The translations under genes and the position numbers were made by a program. Positions 29,042 through 37,421 of a DNA stretch of 64,000 nt are shown piece by piece. The notes under the pieces were generated by a model that was given only the letters and a program-made list of their open reading frames with translations, had not been told where the DNA came from and searched no databases. The DNA is from a virus (lineage: Duplodnaviria; Caudoviricetes): IMG/VR virus record IMGVR_UViG_3300028907_000004, positions 14,464 through 78,463 of that record, one strand, 5' to 3'. Each line of letters opens with the position of its first letter. The stretch's first letter is position 1.

Positions 29042-29275
29042 CGTCTTATGGTGACGCTGATACTCCTGGCCGAATGGTTACCCACTCCCCGTAACCTTCG
29101 GCTGGGAACCCCCACCCGGAAAACGGGCACGAAGCCCGCAACGACTACCGCACCGCAGAGGCCGGTGGCTGGTCTGGGGAGAGATAACGACAGAACGCCC
29201 TGTGAACGGCGTAATTGGAAAGCGCGGCCCCAGCCGTCCCGCCTACCATAACGGGACCACGCAACATCCGGGCCC
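29041..29275 (+). ncRNA. candidate structured non-coding RNA
   Basis: stems GCCGAA/TTCGGC + GGTTAC/GTAACC, CCCG/CGGG, ACGCC/GGCGT, CTGGGG/CCCCAG, GTCCCG/CGGGAC; followed by terminator. Confidence 0.4.
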
Positions 29276-29315
29276 AACCCGCCCCCGGCCAGCTTCGGGG
29301 GCGGGTTTCTTTTTC
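29276..29315 (+). terminator. intrinsic terminator
   Basis: 12-bp stem AACCCGCCCCCG/CGGGGGCGGGTT then TCTTTTT. Confidence 0.8.
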
Positions 29316-29333
29316 AGAAAAAGAGAGGTTGTT

Positions 29334-30416
29334 ATGAAAAGACTCAAGACCCCGTTGACCATTCGTGGGGATTGCTTGTACTGCCCGCTTTCTCTTTCCC
29401 TCGACACCTACTGGAACTGTCTTTGTGACTGTTTGCATTGCTACCTTCGCCGCTTGAATAGGACTTGGGGAACGGACCTGCGCCCCGTAGAGCACGAGCT
29501 TGTGGAAAGAATCCTCACCAACGGTCTGAAGAACAAGAACCCCAAGACGCCGCTTGCGCACGCCCTAGCCGCCAAGAAGACGCTTCGCTTTGGAAACAAA
29601 GCCGATCCCTTTCAACCCGCTGAAAGAATCTACCTTGTAAGCGCAGAAGCCCTTCGCGCACTCAAAAAACTCCAATGGTCCTTCGTAATCCAGACCATGG
29701 TTACTGACGTTATGATGGACTACGAGCGCATCATAATGAATTGTCGGGACTTCGCTTGGATTCAGCCTATTATCAGCCCCGGCATGGAAAAGGACTGGGA
29801 AGTTCTGGAGCGTAAGCGCACGACAAACCCGATCCAACGCCTAGAGCATCTTGTTGCCTTGAAGAAGCAGGGCATGCGCGTAGCTGTAAATGGTGAGCCC
29901 TTTATTCCCGGCTTCCATACGGTTCAGGATTTTGAAGATACATGTAAACTTCTCCGGTCCTACGGCATCCGAAGATACAACACCTATAACTTTCACTTCA
30001 ACGATCATGTGGCCAAGAATATGCACGAAGCTGGCATAGACATCCGGGCCATTTACGAAAACAACCAAGACGGGCCTTGGAAGAAAATACTCGTCCAGTT
30101 GTTAGATATTGCCAAGAAATACGACATTCTGTTGGGCTGTCCGGACTTTGTGAATACAGGCCCGCAATATCGGGAAATGGCCAATACCTGCTGCGGCGTA
30201 GACGTTTCCAACCCAATGACCTTCAATACGCATACATGGAAACGTATGATCCAAGACGGGGTTCCCCTTGAGGAAATCTACGAGTCCACCAAAGACGGCG
30301 TAGGGGATGAGGAAGAGGGCCGCAAAGTGCTGTTTGGGGAAGGTCCGCAAGGAATCTATACGATGGAAGATGCCGGACTTGTAAAGAAGGGTAAAGTTCT
30401 GGACACCAAGGAGTAG
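29334..30416 (+). CDS. radical SAM enzyme, SplB/COG1533-like (paralog 1)
   Basis: CLCDCLHC = CxxxCxxC; DPFQPAE motif. Confidence 0.88.
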   Translation: MKRLKTPLTIRGDCLYCPLSLSLDTYWNCLCDCLHCYLRRLNRTWGTDLRPVEHELVERILTNGLKNKNPKTPLAHALAAKKTLRFGNKADPFQPAERIYLVSAEALRALKKLQWSFVIQTMVTDVMMDYERIIMNCRDFAWIQPIISPGMEKDWEVLERKRTTNPIQRLEHLVALKKQGMRVAVNGEPFIPGFHTVQDFEDTCKLLRSYGIRRYNTYNFHFNDHVAKNMHEAGIDIRAIYENNQDGPWKKILVQLLDIAKKYDILLGCPDFVNTGPQYREMANTCCGVDVSNPMTFNTHTWKRMIQDGVPLEEIYESTKDGVGDEEEGRKVLFGEGPQGIYTMEDAGLVKKGKVLDTKE

Positions 30417-30418
30417 CC

Positions 30419-31285
30419 ATGCTGATACACACCCCGGTAGAGAAGTACAGTGGCATCTATGTGAAAAGGGAGGATATGGCCGTAAACGATCCCACGGCCC
30501 CGCCCTTTTCCAAGATGCGTGGAGTTCTGGCGCATCTTACCAAGTTACGTGATTCCGGCATCAGAACAGTAGGATACGCCGAAAGTGCCATTTCTATGGC
30601 TGGTTGGGGACTTGCTTGGACCGCCCGGCAGCTTGGCCTTCAAGCGGTTATTTTTGCCCCTGTGTACAAATGCGACCACCCATATCTTGAAGTGTTGCGT
30701 ATGCATAGAAAACACTGGGAGCGTCTTGGGGCACAAATAGTGCCCATGCCGGCGGGACGTACCAAGATCATTTATTATCAGGGCCGGAAGTGGATGGAGG
30801 ACCATTACCCGAAAAACAGCGAAATGTTGCCCATCGGTATGAGTTTCCCCGAAACCGTAGAGGCTACTGCCGCAGAGTACGTTTGGACGCTGAAAGAGTA
30901 CAAACTCCAGCCCAAAAACGTCGTGTTGTGCGTAGGAAGCGGAACCATTGCCGCCGGGGTGGCACGAGGAATTGCGGAGAGCAATTTGAAAACGAAGCTC
31001 TGGGGAATACTCACGCGGGACGGTAGCGTGCCGGAAAAACTGCGCTACATGGAAAAACTCGCAGGGTTTCCTCTATCCTCCGAGGGCATGCTGGGCACGT
31101 TCTCTTCCGCTTCGGTTACATTGCTGAGTTCTGGGTTCGAATACACACAGAAATCCAAGATCGTTGTCCCCTTTCCCTGCAATCCCTATTACGACGCAAA
31201 AGCGTGGGAGTGGCTTGCTAGCAGAAAGTCTACCTACGAAGAATTTAACAGAAAACAAACGCTTTTTTGGAACATCGGGGCCTAG
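30419..31285 (+). CDS. PLP-dependent enzyme, fold type II (ACC deaminase/D-Cys desulfhydrase-like)
   Basis: TPVE...YVKRED...SKMRG Schiff-base region; VLCVGSGTIAAG phosphate loop. Confidence 0.85.
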   Translation: MLIHTPVEKYSGIYVKREDMAVNDPTAPPFSKMRGVLAHLTKLRDSGIRTVGYAESAISMAGWGLAWTARQLGLQAVIFAPVYKCDHPYLEVLRMHRKHWERLGAQIVPMPAGRTKIIYYQGRKWMEDHYPKNSEMLPIGMSFPETVEATAAEYVWTLKEYKLQPKNVVLCVGSGTIAAGVARGIAESNLKTKLWGILTRDGSVPEKLRYMEKLAGFPLSSEGMLGTFSSASVTLLSSGFEYTQKSKIVVPFPCNPYYDAKAWEWLASRKSTYEEFNRKQTLFWNIGA

Positions 31286-31316
31286 TCTGTAAATATCCTC
31301 GTAGGAGGACAAAAAT

Positions 31317-31991
31317 ATGAAACTCGACGCATTTGTTGAATTACGCAATAGGCTTCTAGCCAAAGACCCCAATTTCATCGTCATACGCAAAACCCCGGCG
31401 GTACTGAACGCACTAGGCCCGTCCAACGACGGCAAGGTGTGGTATTGGGACGCGGTAAACGGAAGGGCCATTCTTGTGTACACGGTGGAGTCCGCGGCCA
31501 ACCTAGCCGCCGACTTCTCCAAATACGAAAAAAGGGCCGAACAGTTCCTCAACAAACTCCTCAATCAGCCCATTAAGCCGTTGTCTTTTGGAATCACGCA
31601 GACGAAAGAAGACTGGTTCGACAAGATATTTAGGGAAGCGGCGACGAAGATTTGTAAAGAAATAAAAAACGACAGAGCTTTCTTCGTTACAATGGAGCCT
31701 GGCGACTATGTTGTTTGGGAAGTTGTAGACGATCCCGCGAAGGAAGTGGATGTCCAGTTTTACTCCCGACTGTCCCCAGATATTGAGAACCGCTTTTCCC
31801 GAAAGACCAGAAATCAGACTTCCGGAATAATCCACATGTTGTTGGACTTGACATTTCCCGACAATTCCAATATCATGTTTTTCTTCGGAAAGTATGAGCG
31901 CGAAGACGGTTCCATCTTTCTGGAAGTGAAAGGCGGCTACAAGAAACAACAGGGCATCGTTATTCAGTTCAATGACGTAACTCGCATCTAG
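31317..31991 (+). CDS. hypothetical protein within radical SAM cluster
   Basis: AGGAGG RBS, 224 aa, no motif recognised. Confidence 0.7.
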   Translation: MKLDAFVELRNRLLAKDPNFIVIRKTPAVLNALGPSNDGKVWYWDAVNGRAILVYTVESAANLAADFSKYEKRAEQFLNKLLNQPIKPLSFGITQTKEDWFDKIFREAATKICKEIKNDRAFFVTMEPGDYVVWEVVDDPAKEVDVQFYSRLSPDIENRFSRKTRNQTSGIIHMLLDLTFPDNSNIMFFFGKYEREDGSIFLEVKGGYKKQQGIVIQFNDVTRI

Positions 31992-32001
31992 TGGAGAGAC
32001 A

Positions 32002-33438
32002 ATGACCAAGAAAGAACTTCTTCAGATGGATTACTGGGAACTGCGTAAAGTGGTTTCCAAACTCGTTCCTCGCACGTTCCGTCTTCGGGAAGACGCCAGA
32101 AAGGGCGAAGCGGTCAAGGAAAAGGGCAGAAAAAAGAATTACCACCAATACGATCTGGTGGGACAGGAAATGACCAAGCGGGAACGCCTTCTGAATACGG
32201 AAGAGGTCAACAGCTTTCTCGAAATATCCTGCCGGGCCCAAGCCTGCCCTATGCCGCTGAATTTGGACGTGTATGACGGCCTTCTTTGTGGCTTCAAATG
32301 CATCTATTGCTACGCCGACGCCTTCCGCGCCTCCCTGTACACATCTTTCTTCGATAACAGCAAATCCGTGGGACTTCGCCACTGTAATCCGGACTTCTAC
32401 AAGGCGAAGCTGGACGATCTGTTCAATAAGTCCCTGGGAAAAGACCCGTTGGAAATCAAGAGCGACGTTGGAAAGGCTCTGGCCAAGCGCATTCCCATTC
32501 GTTTCGGTATTCGGTTTGAAGACTTTCTGCCCGCAGAAAAGTCGAAAGGGATCAGCCTGGAACTTCTGAATTACCTCCGGAAAGCCCAGTACCCGCTGAT
32601 GATCAACACCAAGTCCAACCTCGTAGGCGAAGACGCCTACGTGAAGGCTTTGAGTGGGAATAAGGCCAAGACCGCCGTACACATCACTATGATTTCCTGT
32701 GACGAAGACTTCTTGCGGGTAATTGAGCCGGGGGCACCCACCTTTGAAAAACGCATCCAAGCTGCCAAGAATCTCGTGGACGCTGGCGTGCGTGCCGTTG
32801 CCCGAATCGAACCCTATATGGTGTTCTTGAACGATTCGCAGGACATGGTTCAAGAATACTTTGGACGAATGAAGGAAGCTGGGGTCACGCATCTTACCTT
32901 TGACACATACTCCTATTCCGCCAACAACCCCGGAATCCGCCAGAATTTTGTTAGAAGGGGCTATGACTGGGAACGTATGTTCCTCCTTACCTCCGATTCC
33001 CAGGCCATAGGCTCGCTCCTGCTCTCTAAATTCATGGAGATGTTTAGAGAGCAGGGGTTTTCCGCTTCCAGTTTTGATATGGGCGGCGTTCCCGATAACA
33101 ACGACCCCATTTGTTGTTCTGTAGGCGATTGGTTTAAGGATGCTGGCTATAATTGGGGTTGCGTGGTTGGGGCGGTTCGGTACATCAAGGAACGCGGCCT
33201 GAAGCCTACGTCGTGGAATAATTTCCACAGATACGTGATGCGCAACGGCGGCTTCCTATCTAGGGTTCTTGAAGAAGAGGTCAAGGAACTCTGGAACCTG
33301 GAAGGAAATGCGTCCTACTTCGTCAATTGGGGTCGCGGTATTGAGCCTTGCGGTCATGATGAGCATGGAATCCTCTGGCATTACAGGGAAAACCCCGAAA
33401 CCGACTTTCGCTATAAAATACTGGAGGGGGTGGTATAA
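32002..33438 (+). CDS. radical SAM enzyme, SplB/COG1533-like (paralog 2)
   Basis: CGFKCIYC = CxxxCxxC; EDFLPAE and INTKS motifs; RIEP. Confidence 0.88.
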   Translation: MTKKELLQMDYWELRKVVSKLVPRTFRLREDARKGEAVKEKGRKKNYHQYDLVGQEMTKRERLLNTEEVNSFLEISCRAQACPMPLNLDVYDGLLCGFKCIYCYADAFRASLYTSFFDNSKSVGLRHCNPDFYKAKLDDLFNKSLGKDPLEIKSDVGKALAKRIPIRFGIRFEDFLPAEKSKGISLELLNYLRKAQYPLMINTKSNLVGEDAYVKALSGNKAKTAVHITMISCDEDFLRVIEPGAPTFEKRIQAAKNLVDAGVRAVARIEPYMVFLNDSQDMVQEYFGRMKEAGVTHLTFDTYSYSANNPGIRQNFVRRGYDWERMFLLTSDSQAIGSLLLSKFMEMFREQGFSASSFDMGGVPDNNDPICCSVGDWFKDAGYNWGCVVGAVRYIKERGLKPTSWNNFHRYVMRNGGFLSRVLEEEVKELWNLEGNASYFVNWGRGIEPCGHDEHGILWHYRENPETDFRYKILEGVV

Positions 33439-33696
33439 ATGGAATTTAGCTATTTGAAGTTTCTCCTATACGCAGGGGGGCTTGCCGTCTTTCTTTTCTT
33501 TTTCAACATGTGGTATTTTCGCCGTCTTCAGACAGCAGCAGCCCGTCGTCAGAGAAAAGAAGAAGAGGCGCATATCGAAAACATAAAGAAATGGAAAAGC
33601 TACGCTGTTACTTGTAAGAAGTTTGAGAACGGCGAATGCGACCTGTCCATTGCTTGTGATACTTGTTCATATTATAAGGAGCCTGAAGATGAGTAA
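33439..33696 (+). CDS. small membrane protein with C-terminal Cys motif
   Basis: N-terminal TM, C...C...CDTC. Confidence 0.6.
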   Translation: MEFSYLKFLLYAGGLAVFLFFFNMWYFRRLQTAAARRQRKEEEAHIENIKKWKSYAVTCKKFENGECDLSIACDTCSYYKEPEDE

Positions 33697-34498
33697 GAAG
33701 GTCAATAAACTTCCAGAAGAAACAATGAAACAAATCTTCGCACACGCGGTAGCCCTGGATCAGAACGGCAGGTTGAGAAATACCATCTACGCGAAGGATT
33801 CCACCGTGTACGTCCTGAACTCTGACAACACTGTTCTGCTTCGCTTCAGTACGAGCCAGCCCCTTCCGATTGACGGCGAAGTCCGTTTCAAGGCGTCCGA
33901 CTACGAAGGCGACAGCTTCCAAATCGAAGACGGCAAGATGGTATTCACGACTCGTTGCGGCGGCGTGGAAAGAAAGAAGTCCTGCGGCCTTCCGGACCTG
34001 ACCTTTGCTGATGTGGAACACATCTTCGATTCTCATGAGCCGGATACCGATGAGCCGTTTGCCGCCGCCCTGGTCCTGACGAAGGACATCGTTTCCATCC
34101 TCGACGAGAACCTTTCTCATGTCGAAATTAGTGGCGATAAGAAGACGGGGTGGCTCATAGTCCAGCGGGACATCTACAGCGGCGCAAAAGTGGAAATACG
34201 GCAGATCAAGGCACACGGTATGGGCGTACACGATGCGTCCGAAGTGAGCCAGAACTTCGGCCCCATCGGTTTGCGCACCAACGACTTCATTGCCCTGTTC
34301 CTGTTCCACGGTTCGATCAACTTTGCTTTCCAGTTACTGGAAAAACGCGTTGTCTATATCGAAGCGGAAACGGCGGCATACGATCTGAAAGGCGTAGTTG
34401 CCCAGTGCGTCTACGATGAGATGGGCACTATAGGGGCCACAATTTCCGAGGAATCCGAGGAAAAAAAGAAACCTACTAGACGAACCACAAAGAAGTAG
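33689..34498 (+). CDS. hypothetical protein (possibly clamp-like fold)
   Basis: 269 aa, AAGGAG RBS; fold guess from alternating beta patterns only. Confidence 0.6.
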   Translation: MSKKVNKLPEETMKQIFAHAVALDQNGRLRNTIYAKDSTVYVLNSDNTVLLRFSTSQPLPIDGEVRFKASDYEGDSFQIEDGKMVFTTRCGGVERKKSCGLPDLTFADVEHIFDSHEPDTDEPFAAALVLTKDIVSILDENLSHVEISGDKKTGWLIVQRDIYSGAKVEIRQIKAHGMGVHDASEVSQNFGPIGLRTNDFIALFLFHGSINFAFQLLEKRVVYIEAETAAYDLKGVVAQCVYDEMGTIGATISEESEEKKKPTRRTTKK

Positions 34499-34537
34499 CT
34501 AGAAGGTTTGTAAATACTTTCAACGGAGGGAGTTTCT

Positions 34538-34687
34538 ATGGGAGGAAAGAGCAGAAAGACGGGAGGCGTCAGCAAGGCCCTCATCGACAAGCTCACCGGA
34601 TCGCAGGTACAAAAGGAACGTAAAGGCAAATCCAAACAATCCAAGTCCGACGCTGCCGACAAGAAGGCGGGGATGGGCGTAGGATAA
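34538..34687 (+). CDS. 49-aa basic peptide (MGGKSRKTGG...)
   Basis: GGAGG RBS, TGTAAATA upstream, not in supplied ORF track. Confidence 0.6.
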   Translation: MGGKSRKTGGVSKALIDKLTGSQVQKERKGKSKQSKSDAADKKAGMGVG

Positions 34688-34719
34688 ATCACCAAAACAC
34701 CGTAAAGGAGAAACAGACC

Positions 34720-35160
34720 ATGGCCAAGAAAGAAGCACCCAAGACCACGAAGAAAGCCGCCCCCGCCGCCAAGAAGACCGCCGCCAAGAAGACCGCCGCC
34801 AAGGGCAAGCCCACCGGCAAAGAATCCATTCTCGACAAGGCCCGTGCCGCACGCGAAGCCGCCAAGGAAAACGCCCAGGCGTCCATCTCCAAGGACGGCC
34901 TTCTGAAGGAAATCGCCAAGAAGCTGGGCATTGCCAAGGACGACGTTCAGACCGTCGTTGACGCCTTCCTCGACGCCGCCGGACAGCACCTGGCCGCTGG
35001 CGAGAAGGTCAGCGTCCACGGCTTCGGCATCTTCAACACTTCCGTCATGGCTGCTCGTGACGGAGTCAACCCCCTGACCGGCGAACCCATGCACATCGCG
35101 GAATCCACCCGCGTCACGTTCAAGGCTTCCACCGCCCTGAAGGAACTCGTCAACGGGTAA
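34720..35160 (+). CDS. HU/IHF-family DNA-binding protein with Lys/Ala-rich N-terminal tail
   Basis: VSVHGFGIF...ARDGVNPLTGEPMHI...VTFKASTALKE. Confidence 0.92.
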   Translation: MAKKEAPKTTKKAAPAAKKTAAKKTAAKGKPTGKESILDKARAAREAAKENAQASISKDGLLKEIAKKLGIAKDDVQTVVDAFLDAAGQHLAAGEKVSVHGFGIFNTSVMAARDGVNPLTGEPMHIAESTRVTFKASTALKELVNG

Positions 35161-35164
35161 TTCC

Positions 35165-35986
35165 ATGCTCAATTACCTTACGCTCATGGAACAGGCGGGG
35201 ATCGCCCCGAACTTTTGGACCAGCAGGGCGTACTTGGAAAGAGCAGGAGCAGTAGAACAGACAAAAGGGAACCTCATCTGGCTGGAAGCGGATGAGGTTC
35301 CGCTTTTTCCCACCCTGTCCTTTTCTGGTATGATCGCACCTATGCGAGAATGGCCGGTTCAGTATTGCTGGAGCGACTTTGAGGGCTTCTCCTCCGAAAC
35401 GACCAACAAGGAATTTCTGGATTATGAGTTTATCTATAACCCAACCGACTTTCTTGAGATGGCTGGAGGAAAATGGGCTGTGTTTAGAAAAAACAGCCGT
35501 AAATTTCCACGCCGTTTCGAAGGGTCCGTCTATTCCAGAGGATATGTCCCTAGCTACGGGGATTTGGTCGGATTGCTACAAAGGTGGGCTAGTCGTTTTA
35601 ACGAAGACGACACTATTCACGACGCCGCCATTATCCTAAAGTATTTGGAAGACCTTTCCCCTGGTGTGGATTTTGGCTGGAAAACGCTTCGATTGAATAA
35701 TACCCATAAACCAGAAGATTTGGTGGGAATTAATATCTGGGACCGTAACTGGAAGTATATCAACTTCCGGTACTGTTTTTGTGATCCCGATTACCCTTTT
35801 ATTTCAGAATACATGCGATGGTTGTTTTATACGGACCCCGCCATACTTGCGCAGAAGCGCCTTGTATGTGACGGCGGGTCCGTAGATCGTCCAGAATTAA
35901 AAGCCTTCAAAGAAAAAATGAACCCGCTCCAAGTCCGTGAAGTATATACTTGGGGCAAAGAACCAGGAGAAGGATATGGAGATTGA
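35165..35986 (+). CDS. DUF2156 / LPG_synthase_C-like aminoacyl-tRNA-dependent transferase
   Basis: DYEFIYNPTDFLEMAGGKWAVFRKNSRKF and C-terminal DGGSVDRPELKAFKEKMNP resemble the family's DYIY..DL..L.GKK...RN and D.G..GLR..K.SY.P motifs; no TM domain. Confidence 0.65.
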   Translation: MLNYLTLMEQAGIAPNFWTSRAYLERAGAVEQTKGNLIWLEADEVPLFPTLSFSGMIAPMREWPVQYCWSDFEGFSSETTNKEFLDYEFIYNPTDFLEMAGGKWAVFRKNSRKFPRRFEGSVYSRGYVPSYGDLVGLLQRWASRFNEDDTIHDAAIILKYLEDLSPGVDFGWKTLRLNNTHKPEDLVGINIWDRNWKYINFRYCFCDPDYPFISEYMRWLFYTDPAILAQKRLVCDGGSVDRPELKAFKEKMNPLQVREVYTWGKEPGEGYGD

Positions 35987-36998
35987 TAGAAAGCAGCTAC
36001 TGGACGCGCTTACCCTGGCCCGTCCCGGTCTTGCCTCTTCGGACGTTGTAGAACAGGCGTCCATGTTCGTGTTTCGTCCCAAGGACATTGTAACCTTTAA
36101 TGACGAACTTTGCGTGCGCGTCAAGATCAAGTCCGGTATCGAAGGCGCTGTCCAGGCTCAAGAGCTTTACGCCTACCTTTCCAAGAGTAAGGCCGAAAAG
36201 CTCACGATGGAAACGACGGAAGACGAACTCATCATCAAGGCCGGGAAGCGCGCAAGCGTAGGCATCCGGCTGTCCAGCAAAATCTACCTTCCGGTGGACG
36301 GGATCAATGATGCGGAATCCTTTGAACCGCTTCCCAAGAACTTTACCAAGGCCCTGTCCCTGGTATCGCAGACGGCGGCGAAAAACGCCTCAAGCATGCC
36401 CATTCTTGCTGCTCTTCATTTCGTAGGGGACAAGGTGGAATCCTGCGACAATTTCCGGATCACCGCCTACACATTTGAAGAAGGCACCGACTTCCCCGAA
36501 TTTTTGCTTCCGGCAAACATGGTCAAGGAAGTGCTCAAATTTGAGCCGGTAGAGTATTCTGTTGTCGAGGGTTGGGCGCACTTCCGAACTGCCGAGGGTG
36601 TGTGGCTCTCGTGCCGTACCGTGGCTGCGGGGCCGAAGGGCTACCCGGACCTGTCCGGAATCGTAGAAGTTGAAGGCGTCACTATCGAATTTCCCGAAGG
36701 TTTCGCAGAAGTTCTGGACAGGGCTTCCGTTTTTGTTGATAAATCCGCTACCTTGGACGAGTTTGTAACAATTTCTGTAAAAGAGGGTAGAGCGTCTGTC
36801 GTAGCGGAAGGGACTATGGGTTGGTTCAGGGAATCGGTGAAAGTAGACTCTGATAATCCGGAATGCTCTTTTAACGTCAATCCCGGCTTTCTGTCTGGAA
36901 TCCTTCCGCTTCTGTCCAACGCTATCGTGGGCGACAACTACCTGCGACTGGACGGTGAGGATTTCCTTCACGTTATGTGTTTGTGTGTAGAAAAATAG
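35976..36998 (+). CDS. dnaN: DNA polymerase sliding clamp (beta-like)
   Basis: IDRKQLLDAL start, ESCDNFRI, YPDL, three-domain length 340 aa. Confidence 0.8.
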   Translation: MEIDRKQLLDALTLARPGLASSDVVEQASMFVFRPKDIVTFNDELCVRVKIKSGIEGAVQAQELYAYLSKSKAEKLTMETTEDELIIKAGKRASVGIRLSSKIYLPVDGINDAESFEPLPKNFTKALSLVSQTAAKNASSMPILAALHFVGDKVESCDNFRITAYTFEEGTDFPEFLLPANMVKEVLKFEPVEYSVVEGWAHFRTAEGVWLSCRTVAAGPKGYPDLSGIVEVEGVTIEFPEGFAEVLDRASVFVDKSATLDEFVTISVKEGRASVVAEGTMGWFRESVKVDSDNPECSFNVNPGFLSGILPLLSNAIVGDNYLRLDGEDFLHVMCLCVEK

Positions 36999-37007
36999 GA
37001 GAACGAC

Positions 37008-37187
37008 ATGGGCGGCAAAAGACAGCAGAGAATCGTTTCTATGGAAGCGCAGGGGAAACTGGACTTTGAGAAGTACGGCCACCGCCGCTTCCGCTGGCGC
37101 AAGCCGTGTGCCGAAGAACACGCCTACATGCGCGGTTACGCCAAGGCCAAGTATGGCGTTTTTGTTCGATATGGCCGGCATTTCTAA
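37008..37187 (+). CDS. 59-aa basic peptide (MGGKRQQR...)
   Basis: AGGAG RBS, not in supplied ORF track. Confidence 0.55.
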   Translation: MGGKRQQRIVSMEAQGKLDFEKYGHRRFRWRKPCAEEHAYMRGYAKAKYGVFVRYGRHF

Positions 37188-37197
37188 ATAATCAACA

Positions 37198-37421
37198 AGC
37201 GGGGCGGCGTGGATGGTGACACGCTTTTAGAACTAGAAAGCTCGACAATGCTAGCCATGGCCTACGGCAACGCAGGATGTAATGGCCGGGGCGGACAAGG
37301 CCGCATAACCCGAATGGGCATTCAAAGTTCCTCCTCAATGTTCCGGTATGGGCGGGACAAGCGCTCGCCCGATGCGTTGAGATGATACCGAGCACGGCCG
37401 GTTCGATTCCGGCCCCCGCTT
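37198..37421 (+). ncRNA. tRNA-like RNA with ~150-nt expanded variable arm
   Basis: acceptor AGCGGGG/CCCCGCT, D-arm GCGTG/CACGC, T-arm GCCGG-TTCGATT-CCGGC, non-canonical anticodon-like hairpin, GCTCG/CGAGC closing a structured insert. Confidence 0.7.

Noticed and set aside
37198-37421. Canonical tRNA or canonical tmRNA
   Set aside because: No U33/standard anticodon loop; no G3-U70 or A73 alanine identity; a D-stem is present; too short for the usual tmRNA pseudoknots. Kept only as tRNA-like
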